From a virus: 45,744 bases of DNA. The stretch spans positions 1 to 45,744 of IMG/VR virus record IMGVR_UViG_3300017716_002598; one strand, given 5' to 3'. A program made the position numbers and the translations under genes. The notes below the pieces were generated by a model that saw only the letters and a list, made by a program, of their open reading frames with translations, did not search any database and was not told the origin of the DNA. The first letter of the stretch is position 1; every line of letters begins with the position of its first letter. This document shows positions 15,778-24,579 of this stretch, piece by piece.

Positions 15778-16371
15778 TTACGCCCGCTCTTTGATCGAGA
15801 AGGCCAGCCGATAGAACCGCTCGGTCCCGGAGATCGACCAGGCGTCGTCGGGCAGGGTTACGAAGCCCTCGATCTTCGGCTCGCCTAGTTCCACGACGTC
15901 GTTGTTGCCGTGCGGGGCGCGCAGGAGCGTTTGAAGGGTCACGGTCACGTTGCCGGACCCGTCCGCTACAGCCTCCGAGGCGGCGCGGTAGAGGTAGATC
16001 AGGCCGCCCGTGGTGATGTTGAGCCATTGGCCGCGGCGGATGACATAGCGCGGGGTCAGGCCGTCAAGGATCAGCGACGTCCCGGACTGGCCGGCCCCGT
16101 TGACCAGCGGAGCGCCGGGCGCTCCGGTGTCAAAGTCGATTTGCGGGATGGTGACAACGCAGGTTCCGGCCTCGGTCTCGATAATCGACCAGTCCATCGC
16201 CTCCTCGGGCGTCAGGGGCTCGGTCTCAAAGTCGAAGGCGTAGCGCGAGCCCATGCGGGCGAAGCGGGATTCCGAGGAGCCGATAGCCGGGCGGTTTTCC
16301 GTCCGGGTGGTGATCAGCCGGTGCGTCATGGAGACGAAGCCGGGGGAGGTCGGGAGAACAACAGATGTCAT
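15778..16371 (-). CDS. Distal tail protein (RcGTA g12- or gpM-position)
   Basis: Immediately downstream of the tape measure gene and overlapping it. The size (197 aa) is typical. Confidence 0.55.
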   Translation of the reverse strand: MTSVVLPTSPGFVSMTHRLITTRTENRPAIGSSESRFARMGSRYAFDFETEPLTPEEAMDWSIIETEAGTCVVTIPQIDFDTGAPGAPLVNGAGQSGTSLILDGLTPRYVIRRGQWLNITTGGLIYLYRAASEAVADGSGNVTVTLQTLLRAPHGNNDVVELGEPKIEGFVTLPDDAWSISGTERFYRLAFSIKERA

Positions 16372-18446
16372 CGGCCGCGGCCCCCCAGCGTAAAGGCTTC
16401 GGCGCGGGCGCGATCCGCCGGGACCGAGGCGCGTGAGGCCTGGACCGCCGTCGACCCGACCGCATTGGCGTAAGGCTGGGTGCGCTGATCGACATAGGCG
16501 TTGAAGCGGCGGTCTTCGGTCGTCACCCGGACGTCAACCCGCTGCGAACCGTTGGCCGTCGCGCCTTGCGAGGCCGAAGCCTGGGAGCGCGCGGTCGCGA
16601 TGCTGGAGTCGCGCGAGTTGATCGGGGCCGGGTTGTAAGAGCCAGACGACCCGCCGCCGCCGCCTCCGCCCGTCAGCTTCACCCCAATGGCAACCAGAGC
16701 CGCCAAGGTCGCCGCGCCGGCCGCAAGGTTGAGAGGGAAGGGGAGAGAGGCGAGAGCCCGCGCGACGGCCACGACCCCGTGCGAGGCCGCCCGGATAATG
16801 TTCTGGCCGACCGTGAAGGCCGTTTCCTGCCCGCCCATCATCATGGCTTGGACGCTCATGGCGAACTGATAGACGCGATAGGCCTGCTCGGCCGCTTGCA
16901 GGGCCTGGTAGCCGTCCGAGCCCTCTTTGAAGAAGCCCTTGGCGGCCCCGATCATATCCCCGTAGCTCTGGACCTGGGCCGAGGCCCGTTCCCGGTCGGC
17001 TTGGGCGGCGTCCAGCTGGCCCTCTTTCTGGGCCAGATTGATCTCCGCCAACCGGGACTGATAGCCCGTCATGGTCGTCAGCAGGTCGCCCATTGCCCGG
17101 CCGGCGTCGCCGAACGCCGAAGCCATGCCCCGGGCGGCGTCTTGGGCCAAGGTGTCGATCAGGCGCAGTTCGTCGGCGATGACCTGGAGCGGGTCGAGCA
17201 TTTCAACGACGGCGTCGAGAGGGCGCAGGTTGATGCGCTCGGTCGAGAACATGACCTCGCGGTCGGCAGCGTTACGGGTGGCCGCCGCGCGGGCCGGATC
17301 CCCTTCTCCAGCCTCGCGCCTGATCCGCCTGCGCGCCGCGTCCTGGATGCTTTCACCGATTGCCGCGAGTTGCCGGTCCACAATACCGGATGCGTCGGAC
17401 AAGCCGCCCGCGAACTCCCGCGCAATCGTCTCACCGGCGGTCCGGGCCGCGCCCGCGTTGGCGTTCGCCATCTCGGCAAGATCGACGGGCGAGAGGAGGA
17501 CAAGCCCCCGAGCCGCGGCAAAGGCCGGGTTGACCTCCGCCAGCCGCTTGGCGGCGGCAATCACGACGTTGAGCCCGACCACTGCCTTGTTGATCATCCA
17601 CTCGATTGCGCGGATCGCCCCGTTTGCCGCCGAGACGGCGAGGTCGCTCATCACGGCCGGGAGAGTCCCCCAGACGGCGCGGATAGCCCGGAACCCGCCG
17701 AGGAAAGTCCCGACGATCACCTTGATCGCTTGCACGGCGAACCGGGTGGCCTTGTCCATCACGTCGGAGAACCAGTCCCCGATCTTGGTGATGGCCGGGC
17801 CCAGATTGTCCCAGATGATGTCCTTGACGTATTGGAAGGTGCCGACGAGGACGTCGCCCATCGTCACGCCCTTGTTCTTGACCTTCTCGAGTTGTTCCTC
17901 GGTCAGTCCCAGCCCGGAGGCTAGGTCGCCGTTCTCTTTGTTGAGGGCCCGGGTGGCGAGGGCCAGCCCGCCGCCGATTACGGCCGCCGCCGCAGCAGCA
18001 GCAGCGATGAACGGCAGGAGCGGGGCCATCGCCGTCCAGATCGCGACGCCGGCCTGAAGCATGACCGCCTTGACCGAGGTCCCCGTCCGCTGGGCCGCCA
18101 TCTGGAAGGTGTCGAGGATTTGCGGGCCCTGCTGGATCGCGATCATCAGGGGGTTCATCCCCATCGCCGCGGTCACGCCGATATCGGTGAACTGGCGCGA
18201 GAGGTTGAGGCCCTCGGTGGCCGTGAGGCCAATCGCGCCCCGGGTCGCCCCCAGCGCCGCCTGTTGGGCCCGCAGCCCCGTGTTCATCGTAGCCGTTGCG
18301 CCCCCGGCATGGCGCGCGGCCGTGGCGAGGCTATCCGTCGCCGTCTCTGCCCGGCTGGCGGCCTGGGCCATACCGTCGAGCCGGTCCTCGGCGATCTCCG
18401 CCTGTTCGGACGTGATGACGATGCCAAGGCGGGCGAGGTCGGTCAT
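16368..18446 (-). CDS. Tail tape measure protein
   Basis: A 692-aa Ala/Gly-rich helical protein with a hydrophobic central segment, lying after the G/GT chaperone pair. No sheath gene is present, so the tail is non-contractile. Confidence 0.85.
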   Translation of the reverse strand: MTDLARLGIVITSEQAEIAEDRLDGMAQAASRAETATDSLATAARHAGGATATMNTGLRAQQAALGATRGAIGLTATEGLNLSRQFTDIGVTAAMGMNPLMIAIQQGPQILDTFQMAAQRTGTSVKAVMLQAGVAIWTAMAPLLPFIAAAAAAAAVIGGGLALATRALNKENGDLASGLGLTEEQLEKVKNKGVTMGDVLVGTFQYVKDIIWDNLGPAITKIGDWFSDVMDKATRFAVQAIKVIVGTFLGGFRAIRAVWGTLPAVMSDLAVSAANGAIRAIEWMINKAVVGLNVVIAAAKRLAEVNPAFAAARGLVLLSPVDLAEMANANAGAARTAGETIAREFAGGLSDASGIVDRQLAAIGESIQDAARRRIRREAGEGDPARAAATRNAADREVMFSTERINLRPLDAVVEMLDPLQVIADELRLIDTLAQDAARGMASAFGDAGRAMGDLLTTMTGYQSRLAEINLAQKEGQLDAAQADRERASAQVQSYGDMIGAAKGFFKEGSDGYQALQAAEQAYRVYQFAMSVQAMMMGGQETAFTVGQNIIRAASHGVVAVARALASLPFPLNLAAGAATLAALVAIGVKLTGGGGGGGSSGSYNPAPINSRDSSIATARSQASASQGATANGSQRVDVRVTTEDRRFNAYVDQRTQPYANAVGSTAVQASRASVPADRARAEAFTLGGRGR

Positions 18447-19203
18447 GCGCTCTCCTTGGCCTTCGGCGGGTTGTGCTTGGCGGCTTGGCCCCGGATCAGC
18501 GACAGCACGCCCTTTCCGTCACGGGCAGAGACCGTGTTGGACGCGGGCGCGGGGTTGAGGATCGGCAGGACGGCTTGATCGAGGCGGCGGATCAGGCGGA
18601 CGGACCAGACCCCGAGGGGCGTCATGGTCTGGCGCTTGAAGGCCTCGATCTCGGAGAAGGTGATCGGATTGGCGGCCATGCCGACCTGCCGGGTGCCGGC
18701 AAGGTCAACGAAGGCCTGCCAGACCGGCCCGAGGGGCTCGGGGAAGTCCGGCAGGTCCCGGCGGTTCGCGTAAACGGCCTCGGCGAAAGCGATCAGGCGC
18801 TCGGCGAGGCCTTCATGAAATTTGCCCGGTCTTCGATGAAGGCGCGGGCCTGGGCCGTGATCCACGGGAACCGTGCATAGAGCGCCCGGGCCTCGGCCTC
18901 CGTGCAATCCGGGGTCTTGCCGTCGATCTTGATGCCGTCCCACGCCACGGTGGCGCGGGCCAGATATTCGAGCTCGTTGGCGCGGGCCAGTTCCGCCGTC
19001 ACCCGCATCTGGCCTTGGTTCTTGAGGTAGCGGTTGGTCTGGCGCGTCGAGATCAGCGTCAGGGCGTCGCTATCGGCCCCCAGGAGGGTGATGGTGATCG
19101 GCTTGCCGCCGTCTTGCAGGAGGGGGGCACCGTCCGGGCCGCGCAGTTCAAGCTGCGCGCCCTGGTTGGCAACGTCGGCGGTGTCGAGGGTCGAGAGGTC
19201 CAT
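18443..19203 (-). CDS. Tail assembly chaperone frameshift product (gpGT-like, -1 frameshift at 18823..18817)
   Basis: The zero frame reads ...GCA AAT TTC ATG... After a -1 slip the frame reads AAA TTT CAT GAA (KFHE). This is the frame of track ORF 18443..18943, whose stop overlaps the tape measure start. Confidence 0.7.
18793..19203 (-). CDS. Tail assembly chaperone (gpG-like)
   Basis: Lies between the major tail and tape measure genes. It ends 24 nt after a slippery heptamer, and the -1 frame is open across that point. Confidence 0.8.
   Translation of the reverse strand: MDLSTLDTADVANQGAQLELRGPDGAPLLQDGGKPITITLLGADSDALTLISTRQTNRYLKNQGQMRVTAELARANELEYLARATVAWDGIKIDGKTPDCTEAEARALYARFPWITAQARAFIEDRANFMKASPSA
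18817..18823 (-). promoter_or_regulatory. Slippery heptamer A_AAT_TTC for -1 programmed ribosomal frameshifting
   Basis: A canonical X_XXY_YYZ heptamer in the gpG zero frame, verified by counting codons back from the TGA at 18795..18793. Confidence 0.7.
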
Positions 19204-19215
19204 ACGGGGTGTCCT

Positions 19216-19244
19216 TGGAAAAAGGACGGCGGGTGCGACCCGCC
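19216..19244 (-). terminator. Intrinsic terminator / attenuator downstream of the major tail gene
   Basis: Minus strand: GGCGGGT-cgc-ACCCGCC (19244..19228) followed by GTCCTTTTTCC. It lies in the 82-nt gap before the chaperone gene. Confidence 0.7.
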
Positions 19245-19285
19245 GCTAAGGTTGGGGGGAGGCTGGTTCTTGCGGCCGGGCGGTC

Positions 19286-19774
19286 TTAGGTGCCGCCGGT
19301 GACCGCGGTCGAGGGAACCTCGTCAATCTCTGTGTCGATTGCACAGACGATGTTCCGCATATTGACGGCCGAGGACGAGCCCCGGTTGACCTTGGCGGAG
19401 AGGACGCGAGCGCCGAAATAGACGACCGAGTCGGTGTCGTTGGAATCGGCACCGTCCGCGGCCACGACCTTGATCGGATAGAGGCGGGCCGTTGCGGCCG
19501 CAGCGATGGCGGCGATCTGGCCGGCGTCGAGGGGGTCGTCCGCGCAGCCAAAGGTGATGTTGCCCGGGTTGACCGCGCCCTTGCGCTGGCGGGTTCGGCC
19601 GTCAGCCAGAGGCGTGTGGGAGATCACCGCGCCGTCGTCGCCGAACTCGGAGACGGTTTCGACGCCACCGATCTCGGTCCAGGTCAGGGAGGCATAGCCG
19701 GACGGGGTGCGGTTGGTTTCGGTGACGGCCGCCGCGATATAGACGCGGGTGCCGATGCCATCGGAGATTGCCAT
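19286..19774 (-). CDS. Major tail protein (TP901-1 / RcGTA g9-like)
   Basis: Called from its size (162 aa), from its position before the chaperone pair, and from the sequence pattern (TRVYIA...YASLTWTEIGGVETVSEFG). Confidence 0.75.
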   Translation of the reverse strand: MAISDGIGTRVYIAAAVTETNRTPSGYASLTWTEIGGVETVSEFGDDGAVISHTPLADGRTRQRKGAVNPGNITFGCADDPLDAGQIAAIAAAATARLYPIKVVAADGADSNDTDSVVYFGARVLSAKVNRGSSSAVNMRNIVCAIDTEIDEVPSTAVTGGT

Positions 19775-19811
19775 TGGAGGGGCCTTTCAGTTTTGAGGGG
19801 GACCGGACGTG

Positions 19812-19834
19812 AAAAAGGCCCGCCGGAGCGAGCC
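19812..19834 (-). terminator. Hairpin plus U-run upstream of the major tail gene
   Basis: Minus strand: GGCUCGC-uccg-GCGGGCC (one G-U pair) followed by TTTTTC. It lies in the 106-nt gap 19775-19880. Confidence 0.5.
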
Positions 19835-19880
19835 TGTTTTGGCCGTGCCGTGTGGCCGGTCCAATGCTGAGGCTGGGCCC

Positions 19881-20279
19881 TTAGCGGGCGGTCCAGCCTA
19901 TCGTGACGGGGACGCGCGTGTCGGCGTCGTCGAGCAGGGGCGAGGCGGCGTAGGGCTGGCGCGAAATCTTGACGCCGCCGGTCAGGCCCAGGCCCTTGGG
20001 GAAGTGGTCGATCACGTCCGAGGCCAGCCGCATCAGGGCGGGGATGCCTTGGCCCTTCGGCCCAACGACCGTGACTTGCAGGAGGCCTTGATCCATCCGG
20101 CCGGCGGCGAGGCCTTCCCATGCCGGGCGGTTGTAGAAGATCGACACCTCCAGATATTTCCCATCGGCCGGCGGCGTAAACGCGACGTCTGGATAGGCAA
20201 TCGGGAGGGCCGGGGAGCCGACCGAGAGCGTGGCGGCGCGGGCCAGAAGGCCGGAGGCAATCAAGGCGGGGTCGGACAT
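19881..20279 (-). CDS. Tail completion / tail terminator-like protein (DUF3168-like)
   Basis: Lies between the HK97 gp10-like gene and the major tail gene. ATG 20279 is chosen because the longer track ORF overlaps the upstream gene. Confidence 0.6.
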   Translation of the reverse strand: MSDPALIASGLLARAATLSVGSPALPIAYPDVAFTPPADGKYLEVSIFYNRPAWEGLAAGRMDQGLLQVTVVGPKGQGIPALMRLASDVIDHFPKGLGLTGGVKISRQPYAASPLLDDADTRVPVTIGWTAR

Positions 20280-20284
20280 AGGGC

Positions 20285-20728
20285 TTAACCTCCCGCCCGG
20301 GCCTGCGCCTCGGTTGCGACTTCGGAGACGATGCGCTGCCACTGTTGGGCGGCGAGGGCGACGAAGCGATCCCCGGGCTGGCCGCGCGACCCATACTCCC
20401 GGGGCCTGGCGTAGTTGGCCGTGTAAGCGACCGTGATCGTGTTGGTGATATCCGCCCCGTTGATCACAAGATTGATCTGGCCCGCGTCATAGGCGAAGGC
20501 GGCGACCCCGTCCGGCTTGGCTTGCAAGGGGGGCAGGATCCCGGTCGTCGTGGCGACCAGCGAGGCGCGGAGAAAGCCGGTGTCGACCCTCATATTCCCG
20601 CCGGCCGCCCGAGGGACCTGCATCGTCTCGACAACCCGCTGGGCGCTCTCGCGATAGACCGCGTCCGTCCGGGCTTTGGTTTCGCGGACCCAGTCGCTGA
20701 CCTGGGCGGCGAATGAGCCTTGGGCCAT
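20285..20728 (-). CDS. Head-tail joining protein, HK97 gp10 family
   Basis: The sequence DTGFLRASL...YANYARPREYG is the typical gp10-family signature. Confidence 0.7.
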   Translation of the reverse strand: MAQGSFAAQVSDWVRETKARTDAVYRESAQRVVETMQVPRAAGGNMRVDTGFLRASLVATTTGILPPLQAKPDGVAAFAYDAGQINLVINGADITNTITVAYTANYARPREYGSRGQPGDRFVALAAQQWQRIVSEVATEAQARAGG

Positions 20729-20910
20729 TAGAGCGGCTCGAGCCCGTCCGATTGCGAACCGAGGACCGCCAAGGAGAGGACGTCCGGCTCGATGAGGTCC
20801 TTGTCGTCGCCTGTGTAGGCGGCGAGAAGCTCCTCGGCCCGGGCCACCTTGTCGCCGGGTGCCGCCGCCTCAACCGCTTCGAGGATTTCAGCCAGCGTCA
20901 TATTCGCCAT
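20728..20910 (-). CDS. Small acidic protein (60 aa) overlapping the 3-prime end of the MuF-fusion gene
   Basis: MANMTLAEILEAVEAAAPGDKVARAEELLAAYTGDDKDLIEPDVLSLAVLGSQSDGLEPL. It overlaps the upstream gene by 23 nt and the downstream start by TAATG. Confidence 0.55.
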   Translation of the reverse strand: MANMTLAEILEAVEAAAPGDKVARAEELLAAYTGDDKDLIEPDVLSLAVLGSQSDGLEPL

Positions 20911-22834
20911 CGTATTTCCTGAAGATCGCCAGAAGCGCCGGGTGGATCCGGCCGTGTTCGGCCAAGGGGCGCGACATATAGAGCGAGAAGGCCTCGGCGA
21001 CATATTCCTTGTCGTTCGCGCTGCTGTAGTGCGAGAGCGCGTATTGCCAGCCCGTCTCCCGGGGCTTGAAGGCCGCCAGGAAGCGGTCGATCTCCGGCCC
21101 GATCCGCTTGTCGACCAGATGCAGGACGTGCCCGAACTCATGATAGGTCGTCACCGACCGGGTGCGGTCCCCGGATAGGGACGAGATCGACCAACCGTAG
21201 CGGCCGGCCTCGACGGCGTTCATCGCCGCTTCGGCGTCCGGGGCGGTCTTTCCGGGCGACTTCTTGCGCTGCTCAAACGCCAGCCGAGCTTCTTTCGTAT
21301 ATCGAGGCGAGCCCAGTTCGCCCATCGCGGTCTGGCGGTCGGCGTCTTTCTGGTCGCCGAACTTCGTCGGCATGTGGAACGCGGCGTAGGTGTTGCCGTC
21401 GCGGAGGCGTCCCGAGAACAGGGCGGCGTTCGCGTTCCTGGGGGCGCTAACCCGGAACGGTGCGCCGCTGCGGGTGATCGGACCCATGAAGTCCAGCGGC
21501 GCGAGGCCGAACCGCTCGACAACCTCATGGGCCGCGTTGAGCGAGGGAGCGATGTTGCGGATCGCCATCCCGGTCAGGTCGGCGTTCAGAGCGATGCCGG
21601 CGGCTCGGATATAGTCTCGGGCTCCGGCGGCGTCCTTGGGAAGCCTGGCGTCTCGGTAGCCAACCCGGCGGGGCGGGGCTGGCGCAGGTTCCGGGGCAGG
21701 GGGCACGGGGGCGACCGGAGCGGGAACCTGGGCCGGCGGCGGTGCTGGGGCGACCGGCGGGGCGGGAGGAGCCCGCACGACCGGCGGGACGGCCGGGGCG
21801 AGGTTGGAGAGGAAGTCAATGCGATACTCAACGTCGCAGCGGCAGTTGATGATCTCGCCCGCCCCGGCTCCGAGGCTGGTGTCGAGGGGGTAGAGCATCC
21901 GGGCACCCGAGGGGGTGACGAACGGCTCGCGGAAGGCGACCGAGTCCCCGTTGAGCGCGCGATGGGTATGCCGGACCCGGAAGTCGCCCGCCGAGCGCCA
22001 GACCTTGCGGACGGCGCTCTCGGCGACCTGACCGGACTCGATTGCCTGGCGGTAGGCCTCATGCTTGGCGGCTTGGAGCGCGGACAATGCCTCGACCCGG
22101 CCGATGGTATCGCCCCGCAGTTTGAGGAGGCGGGATTCATAGGCCAGGATCGCCTTGCGGATTGTCGCGGCCGGCGGCGCGGTCTCCTCGCGGATTGCCC
22201 GCTCGATGGTCCGGTCGAAACGCTTGTCCCGCTGTTTGCGCCCCAGATAGGCGCGCAGGGCGGTCGGGTCGCCGGAGGTCAACTCCTCCCGGGCGTTCCT
22301 GACATAGCCCTCCTGGGGGCCAGAGAGGCCGAGGATGCCCCCTTCGCGCTTGCCGGTCGCCCGGTTGAGCGTCCCGACGATGCGGAGCGCCGCGGTCCGG
22401 GGGTTGACCCCTGCCTCGAGGCTATCGCGGAGAGAGGCGCGGGCGGCGGCGCGCTGGTCTTCCGTGATGCGGGTGATCAGCTGCGAGGAATGGTCCCGGA
22501 GCCATTGTTCCGCCGCCGGGTTCCGGCCGGAGAAGCGCACGACGAGGGCCGAGCCGTCCGGCTTGCGCTTGGGGAAATCTTCAATCGCCGCCTTGCCGCC
22601 CTCGGTCTGGGCGTTGCGGATCGCGTCGAGCATGTCCTCGTAGGCTGCCGCGTCGATATTGAGGGCGGCCAGGGCCTCCTCGATCTGTCCCGCCTCAATC
22701 GCCGCCGTGACCCTCTGTAGCGCGGCCCCGGCCCGGATGCTTTCGACGGCCGCAAGGAACGCCGCCGCGACCTCCCGGCCGTAGCGTTGCGCGAGCGCGT
22801 CGAATAGCGCGCCCTTCGCCCGGGTGTCTGTCAT
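20888..22834 (-). CDS. MuF / SPP1 gp7-like head morphogenesis domain, Pro-rich linker and C-terminal HExxH metallopeptidase-like domain
   Basis: The MuF signature is VWRSAGDFRVRHTHRALNGDSV...INCRCD (about residues 278-334). A P/A linker spans about residues 346-389 (21668-21799). HEFGH is encoded at 21142..21128, with a downstream EYVAEAF. Confidence 0.75.
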   Translation of the reverse strand: MTDTRAKGALFDALAQRYGREVAAAFLAAVESIRAGAALQRVTAAIEAGQIEEALAALNIDAAAYEDMLDAIRNAQTEGGKAAIEDFPKRKPDGSALVVRFSGRNPAAEQWLRDHSSQLITRITEDQRAAARASLRDSLEAGVNPRTAALRIVGTLNRATGKREGGILGLSGPQEGYVRNAREELTSGDPTALRAYLGRKQRDKRFDRTIERAIREETAPPAATIRKAILAYESRLLKLRGDTIGRVEALSALQAAKHEAYRQAIESGQVAESAVRKVWRSAGDFRVRHTHRALNGDSVAFREPFVTPSGARMLYPLDTSLGAGAGEIINCRCDVEYRIDFLSNLAPAVPPVVRAPPAPPVAPAPPPAQVPAPVAPVPPAPEPAPAPPRRVGYRDARLPKDAAGARDYIRAAGIALNADLTGMAIRNIAPSLNAAHEVVERFGLAPLDFMGPITRSGAPFRVSAPRNANAALFSGRLRDGNTYAAFHMPTKFGDQKDADRQTAMGELGSPRYTKEARLAFEQRKKSPGKTAPDAEAAMNAVEAGRYGWSISSLSGDRTRSVTTYHEFGHVLHLVDKRIGPEIDRFLAAFKPRETGWQYALSHYSSANDKEYVAEAFSLYMSRPLAEHGRIHPALLAIFRKYDGEYDAG

Positions 22835-22837
22835 GGG

Positions 22838-23053
22838 TTAGCGGCCGAGGATCGCCAAGGCGGACCGGACGACGGCTCCGTTCAGGTCGAGGCAGATGTC
22901 GAGCATATCGTGCGCCTCCTGCCGTATCTCTTGAGCCGCGGCCTCGTCGCCCCGCAGGAGCGCCGCCTGATAGGCATACAGCTTCGCGCTGACGTCTTTC
23001 CACGCCGCTGCCGCCAAGGCTGCGGGCTGGGGGTGGTCGTCTATCGGCGGCAC
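22838..23053 (-). CDS. Hypothetical protein (71 aa)
   Basis: Compact ORF within the head-completion block. No similarity recognised. Confidence 0.55.
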   Translation of the reverse strand: MPPIDDHPQPAALAAAAWKDVSAKLYAYQAALLRGDEAAAQEIRQEAHDMLDICLDLNGAVVRSALAILGR

Positions 23054-23403
23054 TGGACTTCAAACATGACCGGGCTCCCGGCGGGGCTCAACTGCTTGAG
23101 CGGAGGGACGATCCTATAGACCGTTCCGTCCGCCTCAACCAACTTGTCATCCAGCGCCGGGGTGATGGTGAGGGAGCCAACGGCGAGGAGCGCCTTCTTG
23201 TCGGTCGCCAGGACCCTCGTCCCGTCGATCTCTCTGGCCGTGTAATCCATGACCGCGAAGAAAGCGGCGTAATCGACCTCGGCCCCCGGCGTCGGGTCGT
23301 AGTCCGGCCCGGTCGGGGCCACGGTGCGGCGGATCGCGCCAAGCTGGCCGAACTCGGCGATCAGGTCGTCGGCGACCGCGGCCATTTCGGCGTAGAAGGT
23401 CAC
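23041..23403 (-). CDS. Head-tail adaptor / head closure candidate (120 aa)
   Basis: Called from position and size. It is ATGA-coupled to the gp6-like connector gene. Confidence 0.5.
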   Translation of the reverse strand: MTFYAEMAAVADDLIAEFGQLGAIRRTVAPTGPDYDPTPGAEVDYAAFFAVMDYTAREIDGTRVLATDKKALLAVGSLTITPALDDKLVEADGTVYRIVPPLKQLSPAGSPVMFEVQCRR

Positions 23404-23900
23404 GACCGGGAAATCCGAATGCCGTTGCCGGCCGTCAGGAACGGGGCGAGCAGCTGGTCGATGGCGTTGAAGGTCCGGCTTTGCCGGCTGTGGTCCTGGT
23501 ATTCGATCTCGATCTCGCCGACCCGCTTGCGCTTCACGTTCTGGGTCTGGTCCGGGATCAGGTCGGTATCCGCCCGGTTGGCCGCCTCGATGTTGGCCCG
23601 TTTGACCGCCTCGGGGACTTCGTCGCTCGGGTAGTAGGAGGCGATCTCCCCGTAGCCCGGGCCGTCCTTCATCGGGACGTCGTAGCGGGGCCAGTCGAGG
23701 GCTTGGGTGGTCGAGGTCCGGGTGCCGGCCCAGCGGTCGCGATAGACCGTCACCAGATAGTCCGCGCCCTTGCGGAGCCGCTGCTCGATCACCGTGTCCG
23801 CCGGGTAGCTGATCCCCCGGGCGTCGCAGTAGGCCTTGAACTCCGCGAGGGTGGCGTAGGAATCCGCGTTGGCGGCCCCCGGGGTGACGATCAGGGGCAT
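23400..23900 (-). CDS. Head-tail connector protein (gp6-like)
   Basis: The N-terminus ANADSYATLAEFKAYCDARG is characteristic of gp6-like connectors. Confidence 0.65.
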   Translation of the reverse strand: MPLIVTPGAANADSYATLAEFKAYCDARGISYPADTVIEQRLRKGADYLVTVYRDRWAGTRTSTTQALDWPRYDVPMKDGPGYGEIASYYPSDEVPEAVKRANIEAANRADTDLIPDQTQNVKRKRVGEIEIEYQDHSRQSRTFNAIDQLLAPFLTAGNGIRISRS

Positions 23901-23904
23901 GGGG

Positions 23905-24318
23905 TCAGGCTCCGGGGCAAGGCGCGCGGCGGGCCAGTTCGGCGGCGATTGCCGCGACGGCTTGGCGCTTGTTCAGGATCGGGGCCGGGCTCAGGGCCGA
24001 GGCGAGGGCGCGAAGGCTTGTTCCCCGGCCCGTCTGCGACCACGGCAGGGATTGCCAGTCGTCGGGGATCGGAACGGCGGCCGGATCCTCGGCCTGTCCC
24101 GTAATCAACCCGGTCGTGGCGGGCTTGCGGTCGAGTTCGGGCCGCCCGTAGTGGTTCACCGTCACGCCCCGGGCGAGATAGGCGTCTTCGATCTCCGGCC
24201 AGTCACCGACGAGGACGACGCGCGAGACGCCGGCCTCGGGTTCGGTGAAAAAGCGGGGGTTACGCTGGGCCTGGCCGCCGTTGAGGGCTTGCGCCTCCCG
24301 GGCATAGACCAGTTCCAT
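23905..24318 (-). CDS. Hypothetical head protein (137 aa) with a C-terminal HeH/SAP-like motif
   Basis: The C-terminus is SLRALASALSPAPILNKRQAVAAIAAEL. The gene lies after the coat gene. Confidence 0.5.
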   Translation of the reverse strand: MELVYAREAQALNGGQAQRNPRFFTEPEAGVSRVVLVGDWPEIEDAYLARGVTVNHYGRPELDRKPATTGLITGQAEDPAAVPIPDDWQSLPWSQTGRGTSLRALASALSPAPILNKRQAVAAIAAELARRAPCPGA

Positions 24319-24320
24319 GA

Positions 24321-24491
24321 TCAGGCTTTGGCCTTCGCAGCAGGGGCGGCCTTCTCGGCGGCCGGGGCCTTGGCCGGGGCCTCGCTGTAGAGGCGGTGGA
24401 CCTTCGCGTCAAAGTCCGTCTCGTTGATCACCACATATCCGCCGGGGACCTTGTCGTCGGCGACGCGGACGGTCGGGCAGGCATCGGACAT
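24321..24491 (-). CDS. Small protein (56 aa) with an Ala/Lys/Pro-rich tail
   Basis: ATG 24491 is preceded by GGAGGA. The longer track ORF start is unsupported. Confidence 0.55.
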   Translation of the reverse strand: MSDACPTVRVADDKVPGGYVVINETDFDAKVHRLYSEAPAKAPAAEKAAPAAKAKA

Positions 24492-24579
24492 GGCGTCCTC
24501 CAAGGGTGTTTCGGGGGGGGAGAAAGGTGGGGCCGAGCGGTTAAGCCCGGCCCCGGTCTTCACGCTTACAAGCCGGAGG

